From Carcharhinus amblyrhynchos (Eukaryota): DNA of 64,000 nucleotides. A program made the position numbers and the translations under genes. Numbering within the stretch: the first letter of the stretch is position 1; every line of letters starts with the position of its first letter. Shown one piece after another: positions 1-12,324 of the stretch. The stretch is from the NCBI GenBank assembly GCA_965287045.1, contig OZ336877.1:63798001-63862000 (forward strand), read 5' to 3'. The notes beneath the pieces were generated by a model. That model searched no databases, was not told the origin of the DNA, and saw only the letters and a program-made list of their open reading frames with translations.

Positions 1-882
1 GTGCAGTGGCCCCAAACAGTCGAACTCCCGTTTGCTGGCCAGCTCAATCGCTGACCAGCCCAGGACCCCCCCCCCCCCCCGCAGTGCTGCCCCTCCAGCT
101 CCCCCCAGGGCCCGATTGCGGCCCCCACAACAATTCCCAGGCCTCCTGATTCCTGATTCCCCTGCCCCGGAGCGGCCCGATGTCCAGCACCCCGCACCCA
201 GAAGTGGTAATGCCCCCAAACCCCTCACCCCGGCAGACCCTGCCACTGACTCCCCCCCCCCAGGATCAGACTGCCCCCCGCTCACCCCCTGCAGACCACC
301 CCCCCCCCCCCCCCCCCCCCCCCCGCAATCACTGGCCTCCCTCCAGCCCAATCCCCATGCAGAGTGGCAAAGGGACCACCCCATCACTACCAACTGCCCT
401 TAGGCCCCACCCACAATAGGCTGCACCCCCCCCCCTTGGTACTGCCCAATGCCCGATGGGCAGTGTCAAGGTGCCCCCTGGGGCATAGGCACTTTGCCAC
501 TTGCACAGTGCCAGGGGGCACAGGCTGGCACTGCCAGGATGCCCATGCCCAGGGGGCACTGATTGCCCCCCCCTTCATTCCAGCAGGAGGGAGCTATTCT
601 AAACCCCACCAGAATGAAGTACTCCTGGGCGGCGAAAGATTCAATCGGTTCCCGAAAATGAAATACTAAACATATTTAAACTGCATTAAAAAAAGATTCA
701 AATGGTCTACCTGTCTTCCCATCGGTTTCCAGCGTGGCCTGGTCTCCGAATGTTCTCTGGCTCTGGGAGATATGCATGCATTCCTGGCACGTACGCCAAT
801 CCTGTAACAAGGCCGGTGGCGCACATCTCCCAGCCTGATCCACCAGAAAAGTTGCGGCTCACAATGGGAGAATTATCCCCGG
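1..882. repeat. GC/C-rich non-autonomous element, truncated by the window start; related sequence at about 20820-21700
   Basis: Poly-C tracts, recurrent ggcactgcc/gtgcc units, end GGGAGAATTATCCCC like the MITE termini. Confidence 0.5.
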
Positions 883-994
883 TAGGTTTTCTGGTGTTGA
901 ATATAATGAATACTTGCCCTTAGGAATTTAACACTCTCGTCCCTTTTTAGCAATCATCTGAACTAAATAATTCCAGGCCACATTGATTCATTGA

Positions 995-1365
995 TTTCCT
1001 ACAGTGCAGAAGGAGGCCTTTCAGCCCATTACAAAACACATGTCATTGTATTAAAAATATTTATCTGGATAGAATTAAGGTACATTGGTGAAGTAATTGC
1101 AACCACAATCCCATCCAGGCCTTTTTCCCTTAATCCATGCATTTACCCTGCTAATCCCCCTGACACTAAGGGGCAATTTAGCATAGCCAATCAACCTAAC
1201 CTGAACATCTTTGGAGTGTGGGAGGAATTCGTAACATCCAGATGAAACCCACACAGACACAGGGAGAACGCGCAGACTCTGCACAATTCACCTGAGGCCA
1301 GAATTGAACCTGGGTCACTGGCACTGTGAGGCAGCAGCGCTAACCACTGTGCCACCGTGTCACCC
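995..1365 (-). mobile_element. HE1-like V-SINE with CR1-type tail, carrying a 71-bp foreign insert
   Basis: tRNA-like head (ggcacagtggttagc...ggttcaattc), V-domain-like core, tail ccttctgcactgtagga. Confidence 0.85.
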
Positions 1366-3043
1366 AATGTAACATATTACATAGTTAAATGCACATTAAA
1401 TGCAATTACTCCACGTTACTCCACCAATGTACCTCAACTCCATTCAGATAAATATTTTTAATATAATGACATATGTTGTGACCTTCCACTCTGGCCAGCC
1501 TCGTGACCTTTTCAGTTTAATGGCAATTTATTAACAGTTCTGTATTATTAAGTTGATCCCTCAAAGAACTGGTTTGAATCTTGTCAAAGCTCAGATCACG
1601 TCAAACTCTTTCAGAGTAATTTCTCTTGGAACTGAAGTCCATGTACCCAGTATACCGCTCAGTTGCAATGGTTCAGGAGCTTTGCTCACTGCCCCACATT
1701 TCCCTCTCATAGATAAAGTTTGTTTTTCAACAAATAAAACCAGTTTTTTTTAAAGCAGTCACAACAGTTTCTTCAATCTTGAAACAATGGAACTCTGTCT
1801 TCGTTGCCGACCTGTCACATATCAGTTCGAACCACACATGTGGGACTTAAAAGCCAATCACATTAACTGCCTTCTGAGAAGAAGTTGTCATTATATATTC
1901 AAGTAGTTAAACTGGTTATTTTTTTTGTCTCTCAAAAGATGGTAACATTCATTTAATAGCATACACTTTTTCAATTTCATGGTCGAATGCCTCCTTGATA
2001 AAGACTGAAATTATACAGTGAAAAATCAATGCAGTTTCAATGGATTTTGGAGAATTGAAAATTCAAAAAGACAATTTCAGGTTTTTTCTTCTCATGGTTA
2101 AATTGCATAATATTAACAGGAGCTCACTTTTTTGTCCATTTAAATTCAAATAGCTGGAGTTAAAACTTTTCAAACAATGTGTGTTGTGCTGGTAACTGCT
2201 TGCTTTTCATTTCAGCACAGAAGCTGTGCCAATTCCTTACATAATGTAAGATATCCAGTTACAAACTTATGACCCATCAGCTCTTAAAAGCAAGGAGAAG
2301 TGGAGGGAGTTTTTAACGCATTTCCAAAGAATGAATGGGTTTGAACAATCATTGATCGTCAGTCATCATCAACTTCAATCTTCTTCCTGACCTTGATCTC
2401 ACCCCCCACTCAAAAAACTCCAGCCTTCTCCTGACTTCAGTCTTCCCCTAACCTCTATCTTGTCCCAATCTCAGTTTTCTCCCCAACATCGATCTTTTTA
2501 TGATCTCAGAATCCCCCCTGACCTTGGTCTGGTTTTGATCTTCTCCACGTCCTGGCTCTGGTCCAGTACCATGCGCTTTCCTGCAATGTAGCTGCATTCT
2601 GTAAGGTGGGAAACCAGGTGGAAAAAGAAGTCCTGTTGTTCATTTCAACAGGATGTCCGGGTTTCCCATCTGGAATTCTTCCCTCAGCCCAAATCTTCCA
2701 ATCAGGATTGGAACCATTACTTCAACCCTGATCAGACTGAAAAATACCCACATATCTTCCTCTGATTTTTCTGGGCAATCTTCCAATGGAGGACACTACG
2801 TAACTGACTGAGTGCAGAAAGCTACAGAGGGGGAAACGGAGAGAATCTGAGCAGAATCCACTCTCCATTTTAATGGCATTAGCTCCCATATTCTGATAAG
2901 TAAAGGATTAGCTTCTCTGAAAAACTGAAGAGACAAGGTAAGTGGGTAAAGGGCCAAGGTAGGTGGGGAAAGGTGGTAGGTTGGGTGAGGAAATAGGATG
3001 GTTGGGGGTAGGGCGGTGAGGTAAAGGGCAGGGTGCCAGGTAA

Positions 3044-3574
3044 CATAAGAACATAAGAAATAGGAGCAGGAGTAGGCCATCTAGCCCCTCGAGCCTGCCC
3101 CGCCATTCAATAAGATCATGGCTGATCTGTCGTGGCTCAGTTCCACATTCCCGCCCTCTCCCCATAACCCTTAATCCCCTTGCCTATCAAAAACCTATCA
3201 AGCTGCGTCTTAAAAATATTGAGCGAGGCAGCCTCCACCACTTCGACGGGCAGAGAATTCCAGAGATTCACCACCCTTTGAGTGAAGAAGTTCCTCCTCA
3301 ACTCCGTTCTAAACCGCCCCCCTTTTATCTTGAGGCTGTGCCCTCTAGTCCTACTGTCTTTTCTGAGTGGGAAGAGCCTCTCCACCTCTATCCTATCCAT
3401 CCCATTCATCATCTTATACGTCTCAATGAGCTCTCCCCTCATTCTTCTAAACTCTAACGAGTACAAGCCTAGTTTATTCAGCCTCTCCTCATAGTTCAAC
3501 CCCCTCAACTCCGGTATCAGCCTAGTAAACCTCCTCTGCACTCCCTCCAAGGCCAAAATATCCTTGTGTAAGTA
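3044..3574 (-). mobile_element. 5'-truncated CR1, same young family as the 46-50 kb element
   Basis: KDILALEGVQRRFTRLIPEL...GYGERAGMWN and (TTCTTATG)n tail; possible AGGTAA duplication at 3038-3043 and 3575-3580. Confidence 0.93.
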
Positions 3575-4807
3575 AGGTAAGGTAGGCAAGTAGTTGGGTG
3601 GTAATTGGGTAGGGTGGCAAATGGGAAGGGTGACAGCATGACAGGTAAGTGAGGTGGTAGGATGCAAGGTAAGTAGGGAGGTAGATGGAGAATAAGTACA
3701 TGGTCGGGGGTATTTGGATTGGCTTAAGAGGGTTTGTCACATCAGGGGCTAGTCAAGGCAGTCATTGGGCTGGGGAGTCGAAGTCACATTGTGGGTGATA
3801 GCTAGGTGGGGGCAAGGGCTGTTGAGCCATGTAGGTTAATGGGGAACTTGGAGATCAGCTCAGGTTGAGGAGAGATCAGGGACTCAGAGAAATTGGGAAT
3901 TTTGGGGTCAGGGAATAGTCACGGTGTGGTTGGAGAATCAGGGAGATCAAGGTGTAGTCAGGGGGCTCAGTTTGAATGATTGGGGGTGGGGAACTGTCAG
4001 TTGTATAGTTACACATGAGTTAGACTAGTTTTTTTCTGTCTAACACTTACTGGGAAACAGTCAAGGTAAGTAATTCAAAACAACCAAAGTCTCTGATCTA
4101 AACTTCAGATCTGGAGACTTTCCTGGAGGATTTAGGGAGCAGGGGAATTACCCATTGAAAGCTTAAACTTCTCAGGCAATTTCCACAGAATCCTTATGTT
4201 GGAACTTCCAAAGGGGCCTATTGCATATCTTGAGGGGTTAGTCTGTTCTCCCCCATCCAGCAACTGGAAGATCTGGCCCAAAAGGAAGTTGTGCAGTTTT
4301 GAAGACAAATTATATAGAATCATGCTATCAGCACACCTCCAAGTATCTTATATTGCTATGTGCAAACGAATCAATTACCAACCTTGCCCTTTTTATTCTG
4401 CACCTTTCATGTAGGCAAATCAACATAAATATAATGGCCCCAATTCTGACAGTCTCTATTTGATGGGAACAGGTTTCCAGCCATCGATCCATCCGTCAGC
4501 ATTTTCAGGGGTGTCTTTGCATTGGTGGCCAGGCACCCACCTGTTTCAGGTTGCAGCCTATTTGTTGTACATTAACCAGCATCCTCTGATGTACATAGGA
4601 GCCAGGTGCAGTTTTGAAGTGCAAAGCAGTTAAAAGGACCATGCTAAGATGGAAGGTTTCCTGCAGATATGTTTGAACCATTTGGATCTTAATGACAATC
4701 TGAAGCTTCATGGTCATTTTAGTTTTGCTGTATTAGCTAGCATATTACCTTTTAGATCTCTCTGAATGAAAGATTTTGGGAAAAACAGTTGAAATTTTTA
4801 ACATTAT

Positions 4808-5160
4808 TTTTATTCATTTGTGGGATATGGGTGTTGCTGGCTGGCCAGCGTTTATTGCCCTTCCCTAATTGCCCTTGTTCAGAGACAACCACATTGCTGT
4901 GGCTCTGGAGTCACATGTAGGCCAGACCAGATAAGGATGACAGATTTCCTTCTCTAAAGGACATTAGTGAACCAGATGGGTTTTTCCAACAATTGACAAT
5001 GGTTTCATGGTCATCAGTAGATTCTGAATTCCAGATTTTTTTTATTGAATTCAATATTGCACCATCTGCCCTGGCGGGATTTGATACCAGGTCTCCAGAA
5101 CATTAGCTGAGTTTCTGGACTAATAAGCTAGCAATGACACCACTAGGCCATTGTCTCCCC
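4808..5160 (-). mobile_element. tRNA-headed SINE with an RTE-X-like 3' end (5' part also at about 39515-39700, + strand)
   Basis: Head ggcctagtggt...tcaaatcccgcc; tail resembles the 3' end of the LINE at 27385. Confidence 0.6.
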
Positions 5161-5508
5161 ACAATATATACATGTTATCATTTTTATAACTTCTCTTTCA
5201 ATTTAGATGCAAAAGCACTCACTCAGCATTAAACATGTACTTTATAAAGCAATGGTAAATGTTTTAATTTGAAAAATTAATGAGGGACCATTTCAGCCAT
5301 TTCTGTAACAGGAGTAATCAATTTGTCTCAGCCTATTCAATCAATGCTTTCAGCAGCCATCATTGTTCAGCTCCTCCTGGCTGCGTTGGGATATGCATTG
5401 ACTCTTCTAATTCCAACTTGGTCAGGCCTCAGTCCGTTTGGATGGTAGGGGTTGTGATTTTATAATAGCAACTGAGGCCACTGTTTCAACAGCCTACTTG
5501 TGCTGGCA

Positions 5509-5802
5509 GGGCGGCACAGCAGCACAGTAGTTAGCATTGCTGCCTCACAGCGCCGGGGACCAGGGTTTGATTCCTGGCTTGGGTCACTGTCCATATGGAG
5601 TCTGTTCATACTCCCCATGTCTGCATCAGTTTCCTCTGGGTACTCCAGTTTCCTCCCACAGTCCCAAAAAGTGCTGGTTAGGTGCATTGGCTATGCTAAG
5701 TTCTCCCTCAATGTCCTGAACAGGCACCGGAGTGTGGCAACTAGGCGATTTTCACAGTAACTTCATGTGTTAATGTAAGCTTACTTATGACTGATAAACT
5801 TT
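5509..5802 (+). mobile_element. V-SINE with alternative tail (type B)
   Basis: Same head and core, but tail gaacaggcaccggagtgtggcaactagg...cacagtaacttcat. Confidence 0.85.
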
Positions 5803-6025
5803 TTTACTTTGGCATGGACTCCAAGCTAAGCTGTGGGTACAGAATGAGGGCCAATAGCTCATTGCTTCTACAAATCAACCTGTTTCCATGCTGAGTCAAG
5901 TGACAGATCAGTATAGGTAAACCTAAGATTTGGAAGAAGCCAAAAACAAGCTATCAGCTCCTCCTAGGCACAGGCAAAGAACAAACGGCACATTTCCTGC
6001 GTTGGTTTTTGAACAGCCTCCAGTA

Positions 6026-6925
6026 GTCACAGAATCGTACAGCGCAGAGTAGGCTCTTCAGTCCGTCAAGTCTGCATTGACACATGACAAACACCTGACA
6101 TCCAACCTAATCCCATTTGCCAGCACTTGTCCCATAGCCTTGAACATTATGATGTGCCAAGTGCTCACCCAGGTGCTTGTTAAAGGATGTGAGGCAACTT
6201 TCCTCCATCACTCTCGCAGGCAATGCATTCCAGACCATCACCAGCTTCTGGGTAAAAAAGATTTTGCTCACGTCCCCCCTAAACCTCCTGCTCCTCACCT
6301 TGAACTTGTGTCCCCTGTGATTGACCCTTCAGCTAAGGGGAATAGCTGTGCCCTGTCCGCCCTGCCCATGCCCCTCATAATTTTGTACACCTCAACCAGA
6401 TCGCCCCTCAGTCTTCTCTACTCCAATAAAAACAACGTAAGCCTATGCAACCTCTCTTCATAACTTAAATGTTCCATCCCTGGCAACACCCTGGTGAATC
6501 TCCTCTGCACCATCTCCAATGCAATCACATCCTTTCTATAATGTGGCAGCCAGAACTGCACACAGTGCTTTAGCTGTGGCCTCACCAATGTTCTACACAA
6601 CTCCAACATGACTTCTCTGCTTTTGTGATCTATGCCTCAATTGATAAAGGCTAGTGTCCCATAGGCCTTTCTCACCACCCTACTAACATGCCTTCTTCTT
6701 TCAGAGATCTATGGACAAATACAGCAAGATCCTTGGTTTCACATAACTTCATAGTTTCATGTTGTTCATTGAATACTTCCTTGTCAAATTACTCTTTCCA
6801 AAGTGTATCACCTCAGACTTTTCAGGGTTAAATTCCATCTGCCACTTATCTGCGTATCTGACGATCCGGTCTATATCTTCTTGTATCCCAGGACACTCAA
6901 CCTCACTGTTGACCATCATTTCTTT
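6026..6925 (-). mobile_element. Degenerate CR1 3' fragment
   Basis: KWQMEFNPEKSEVIHFG, RPQLKHCVQFW...QRRFTR, FFTQKLVMVWNALP. Confidence 0.88.
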
Positions 6926-7282
6926 AGTTAGGCCACTTGCCATCTGATACAAATGAGTGAGGTGTGAGCAATGTATGCCGTATGTATCTATAACTGAAAA
7001 TTGAAGTTAGGGTCCTATAAATGACATAAAACATTGATTTATCTAACAGATTTCATTGATTTTTTAAGGTAGTATCAAAGGCCAGAACTTTCCTGCCATC
7101 CCATCAGCAGGATTATCCAGCCCCCGACAGCAAACCCTCACCATGGGTTCCGCAGCAGCAAAATGGGAATCCCTGTTGATAGCGGTGGGCATGATGTGGA
7201 GATGCCAGCGTTGGACTGGGGTAAACACAATAAGAAGTCTCACAACACCAGGTTAAAGTCCAACCAATTTATTTGATAGTAA

Positions 7283-7322
7283 ACTCACAAGCTTTCAGGG
7301 TTTGCCCCTTCGTCAGGTGAAT
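7283..7322 (-). ncRNA. Minimal type I hammerhead ribozyme motif, antisense copy
   Basis: Reverse complement reads AUUCAC-CUGACGA-AGGG(GCAAA)CCCU-GAAA-GC-UU-GUGAGU. Confidence 0.7.
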
Positions 7323-7357
7323 GGAGAGTTCTGGCCTCAGACAGAGCATATAACAGC

Positions 7358-7397
7358 ACTCACCTGACGAAGGGGCAAACCCTGAAAGCTAGTGGGT
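7358..7397 (+). ncRNA. Minimal type I hammerhead ribozyme motif
   Basis: ACUCAC-CUGACGA-AGGG(GCAAA)CCCU-GAAA-GC-UA-GUGGGU: stem I, core, stem II, and vestigial stem III. Confidence 0.7.
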
Positions 7398-7449
7398 TTA
7401 CTATCAAATAAACTTGTTGGACTTTAACCTGATGTTCTGAGACTTCTTT

Positions 7450-8432
7450 CAGTAGTGTTCTGCAGGGATCAATGCTGGGTCCATTGTTGTTAATAAGCTA
7501 AACATGAATGTGGGGCATATGATCAGTAAGTTCGCAGATGACATGGAGGTTGATGGTGTGGAGGAATAATGAGGAGGAAAGCCTTCAATTATAGGACAAT
7601 ATAGGTGGGCTGGTCAGATGGGCAGAACAGTAGCAAATGGAATTTAACCCAGAAAGTGTGAGGTGAAGCATTTTGGAAGAACTAACGAAGTAAGGGAAAA
7701 CATGGTGAACGATAGGATGCTAGGAAATTCAGAGGACCAGAGGGACCTTGGGGTGCATTTCCAAAGACCTCTGAAGGCAGAAAGGCAAGTAAATAAGATG
7801 GTTACAAAGGCATATAGGATACTTGCCTTTTTAGCTAAGGCACAGAAGCTAAGATGGAGCCGTATAAAATGCTTGTTAAACCACAGCTGTAGCATTGTGT
7901 GTAGTTCTGGTTGCCACCATAGGAAGGATGTGTTTGCACTAGAAAAAGTGCAAACAGAATTCACCAGAATGTTGCCTGCGCTATAGTGTTTCAGCTATGA
8001 AGAGGGACTGGTTAGGCTGGGGTTGTTTTCCTTAAAGCAGAGAAGACTGACGGGGACCTTTATTGAGTGTACAAAAATATGAGGGACATGGATAGGGTAG
8101 ATAGGAGAAAACTTTTCCTCTCAGTAGTATGGTCAATAACCAGGGGCCACAGATTTAAGGCAAGAGACAGGATACTTAGAGGTGATTTGAGGAAAAACTA
8201 TTTCACCCAAAAAGTGGTGGGAATCTGGAACTCATTGTCTGGAAGGGTGGTAGAGGCGGGAACCTTCACAGCATTTAAGAAGCATTTAGATGAGCACTTG
8301 AAATGGCACAGCATGCAAGGCTATGGACCAAGTGCTGGAAAATGGGATGAGAATAGTTAGGTGCTTGATGGCCGGCTGAGACACAATAGGCTGAAGAGCT
8401 TCTTCCTGTGCTGTAAAACTCAATGACTCTAT
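7450..8432 (+). mobile_element. Degenerate CR1 3' fragment
   Basis: QGSMLGPLL, KFADD, QRDLGVH, YFTQKVVGIWNSL, and a tail. Confidence 0.88.
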
Positions 8433-10659
8433 GTTTTGCATACTTAGGCAACTCACTACCTATTTGAGGCAAGTAGACCATTCGCCAAAATATAAGCAAA
8501 TGTGAACACTGCATCACAGATTTCACTTGCTGTCTTTCAATTTTTCAGGTAAGAAATTGCCATCTGACAGTTGGAAAACCCCTTTACCTCCATTGATAAA
8601 GCTTAGCTTCTGGTGTTGGGGATGAAGGAGAAGGGAAGACTCAGCCCAAGTTTCCACTCCTGATTGTTACCCCACTGATGCCACCCTGTTAGGAAGTGTG
8701 CATGTATGGGTATCAGGTAAGAAGAGAATTAGGCTCACACCCAGAATGACTAAATACCCTGGCAACATTCATTGTCCAGAGTCAAACATAAAAATATTTG
8801 ATTTGGTAAGATACCAAGGGGCATCCAGTATCCATAGCACCATATCCCAATGGTTGGAAGAGAAGAGGAAGAATATGAAATAGATTCATTATTGTTGAAT
8901 GAATCCATTTCAAAATGTATTTCTTTTGTTAAATGGAGGTTAGAGCATCAAAGACATAATTCACAAGGTGAACAGTTTTGTAGCGTAACAGATAACGGAA
9001 ATGTAATCTTATAGTTTAAACTACCTCCCTTTCAAGTATTGCAGTGACATTGTTATCTATAACCACATGCAGAATGCAGCTTGATGAACCATCAAATATT
9101 CACTGAACTGGAAAGTTTTACTATTGTCATTGCCAGTACTAAATAGTTAGCAGCATGTAAATACAGCTTTAGACTGTAGTTACATTAAATTCCAACAGTG
9201 TATGTCAGCAGCCCTGGGGATCACACTCACCACTGCTCTGTGTCAAGTGGTGACAGCCAGGGGTAAATGGGAAGGCTTCAGGGACACCTCACTTCTTCTG
9301 CTGAAAGCTGGCACATTTCCAGGTCTGCATGCTAACACCACATAGGTAGCAGCTGGTAAGTAATATTAACAAAGCGTGCCTCAGGGCTACCAACATTGGC
9401 TTCCCAGTCTGCCAACTGCTGCACAATGTGCAGTAGTGAAGAACAGCTACCCAGAACAGATACAGATATAGCAAAGCAGTAGTTACCAGTTACAGCCAAC
9501 ACACAAGTGTTTTGATGTGGATTGTACTGAAATGACAGCAATAATGATGGGTCTTTGTGCAAAAGTGAAGAGTTCCTCAGTTTGAAATTAAAGTGGCTGT
9601 TGTCAGGAATTAGGCCTCTGATCAAAATGATACGTACATGATCTTGTCAGTTAGAATAATTCTCTGTAATCTCCAGCAGGCACTTTCTCAGTTCACAGCA
9701 CGTATTGGTGGCAAACTTACTGTTTTTCCAGTTTTGGTTTTACCTTCTGTCAGAGAACCTATGAAGACTGAGATGACTTTTAAAGTTGGTGACAAATAAA
9801 TAATGCTCTCTATTCCAATTTCAGTTCCTGAATTGATATTTTGTAAGAATACTGCTGAATACTTTAACTCCGTACAAGGGCATGTTGAAAAGTGTGGGTC
9901 TGTTAATTGCACACACTTGCATGAGAGTCATAGCATTAGGCTGTTTTGTACCTGTTGCGAAAATGTTCCTAGAGGCCATGAAGTGTCAGTGAAACATCTG
10001 CTGGTGTTATGCAATATTAAACAGTTACTTAAACCATTGTCCAACAAACTTGACTTTAGAAGACTGATCTACATAAATTTCATCAGATGTTGAGCCCATC
10101 TGAGGGTACTGCAATGCCCTAGACCCATTAGACCAGTAATAAGTTTCTTCCGCTCCATTTATCCCAGGTCTTGGTGTTGATCAAGTGGCAATCCAATAAT
10201 GTTAATACATGACTAGTTTGAACTTCACATTAAAGAAATGAATTTAAAAATTGCACTTTGTTCAATACATGTGACACAACTCATTTAATTTCTTTGAGGT
10301 ATTTCAATTGCTATTTTAACCTGAAACCCATTTGAGTAATTTCAGGATATAGGAATAATACATCTTGCAGTGCATGAATTCTTTTTAATTGACATTTTTA
10401 TTAGTTTGCATTTTATTTGTTCCACAGTAGGAACATCTGTATGTAGTTTTTAAAAAATCATTTACGAAAAGGTCTTAGAGGAGCTCCAACTGGTTTCATG
10501 ATCCTGTTGCACAACATTGTAAGCACTGCAGTAATTAGAACAGCATGAAAGATTTGAAAGTAGACATTAATCTAGGAAAATACAATTACACCTAACATTC
10601 TGTCAAGTAACCCAAGCTACTTACTTCAAGAGGCACAAACTAATGCCTTCGTTATAAGC

Positions 10660-10790
10660 AAAAAGCAAATAAAAATGCAGATAATGGAAATCCAAAACAA
10701 CTGAAAAGCTGGGAATGATCAATTGGCCAGGTAGCATCTACAAAGAGAGCAAGAAATGTTAACATTTTGAGTGTGGATGCTTCAACAAAC
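10660..10790 (-). mobile_element. Penelope-like terminal fragment (similar pieces at about 44128-44198 and 57000-57260)
   Basis: Reverse complement resembles 53670-53785 (gatgctg...ccagcattt...tttgcttt). Confidence 0.55.
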
Positions 10791-10895
10791 TTTGCATTTA
10801 GAGATTGTTACTTTGGTTCCTGTAGGCCTATTAGATAGCAGCTAGCACAAGAACCAAAAAATTCTTTATGTGGCAAGTCGAATCAGGACAAAAAT

Positions 10896-11087
10896 GGAAG
10901 AGATTCTCCGTGTTTCCCGACAGCGAGAGGTGGTGCATTGTTTGCTAGCAGCTGGATTCTCTGGTCCCGCTGCTGTCAAAGGGAATTCCCATTGATGTCA
11001 CCCTATTGGTGGGAAACCGCTGGCGGGGGTACGCTGCCAGCAGGAGCAAACAATCCTGCCGGCATGGATGGCCAGAGAATTCCAGCC
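10896..11087. mobile_element. MITE of the same family
   Basis: Imperfect TIRs, central TCAAAGGGAATTCCCATTGA, flanks AAT/AAC. Confidence 0.7.
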
Positions 11088-12249
11088 AACATTTTTAAAC
11101 TGAATATGTGAAGTAAATTGCAATTTATATACCTGAAAAGTTCTGTGGTGTCCTTAAGAAAATTTTCCCATGTATAACTGTTAATTACTGTGGATTAATT
11201 AGTTGTGTGTGCCTTCCTAAATGTGAACAGTTATTTTATATCGCTGAATTACCATATTTCTTTTTCTCTCCTAACAACCTGTTGACCAGAATGAGCTCAG
11301 AATGAATGGAATTAAGTCTGTAAAAGCAAAATAATAGGGATTTACAGGGTCACCATATACAGTACAAAATAATTTAATTTCCTGAAAAAGGGTTGTTTTT
11401 AAATGCTTTATTGTTTTTAGCTCGAAAAGCTACAAACAGGATGCAGATGTCCCCAAGAATGGATGTAGACAGTTCATTGTTGAATCAACTTCAAGGTCAA
11501 TGTATGAAGCAAATTAGTCTTTTTATGATCTGGTCATCATTTGCTTTAGTTGCAACTGAATCTATATTTACAACTCACTGAATTTATAATATATATACAG
11601 ATACTTTCCCACTCTTTTGTCTATTGTGCATTTCTAATTAGCCCAACCAATTTCAAATAATGATCAATTGCTTGTATTATTTTAAAGTTTAGAATGGGCT
11701 TTCAATGCAGATGATTAAAGATGAATAAAGTTTCACTTTTCACTGTTGTGGTAGCATTCAGGTTAAGTGGCGGAAGCATTTAAATAAACCACTTGCTGTG
11801 CGCAGAAGAAAGCTGAGCATTTGAATCTGTTATTAACTTTAACTGGGGTCTTTCATGTGTGTTTGATAGATATAGTTTAAACATTGTAATTTCAAAAATA
11901 AAGTTTACAAAATGTTTAATAATACTGTGAAATTGGCTGCTGATGGAAAACTTTTAATAAATTTCAATGGCATATGCTGTTATGATCCTTAGTGGATAGT
12001 GGATTACCAACAAACCTTTTTTAACATTGATTGGAATAAGGCCTAGCTTTTTAATATTCAGTGGTCATGCTACTGTAACCAATTGCATGAATAAAATATT
12101 GCATGTGTCCCAGTACTGGGTATTTAAAAACAAACTGACCAGCAGCTTGTGCACAGAAGTTGATAAATGATTTGTACTCAGGAACCAGGAGTGCATATTC
12201 AACATGTCTAAAGGATAACAAATTAAAGGTTGTAGTTAATACAGGTAGA

Positions 12250-12324
12250 GCCAGTTAGCTCAGATGGTTAAGAGTGTGGTGTTTATTGGTAATGACCATG
12301 TATATTCAGTTCCTGTATGGGCTG
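12250..12324 (+). pseudogene. Degenerate tRNA-Ile(AAT)-like sequence (pseudogene or SINE head)
   Basis: gccagttagctcagatggttaagagtgtggtg...cctgtatgggct resembles GGCCGGTTAGCTCAGTTGGTTAGAGCGTGGTG...CCCGTACGGGCC; anticodon and T arms decayed. Confidence 0.5.

Larger units (their letters stand above)
7191..7448. mobile_element. Penelope-like terminal remnant forming a ~90-bp inverted repeat
   Basis: Arms 7232-7320 and 7360-7448 are reverse complements; each carries a CTGACGA...GAAA core. Confidence 0.8.

Noticed and set aside
32-669. Proline-rich ORFs
   Set aside because: Result from poly-C tracts in a GC-rich repeat; no splice or homology support.
12250-12324. Functional tRNA gene
   Set aside because: Anticodon arm and B box are degenerate; kept only as a pseudogene-like feature.
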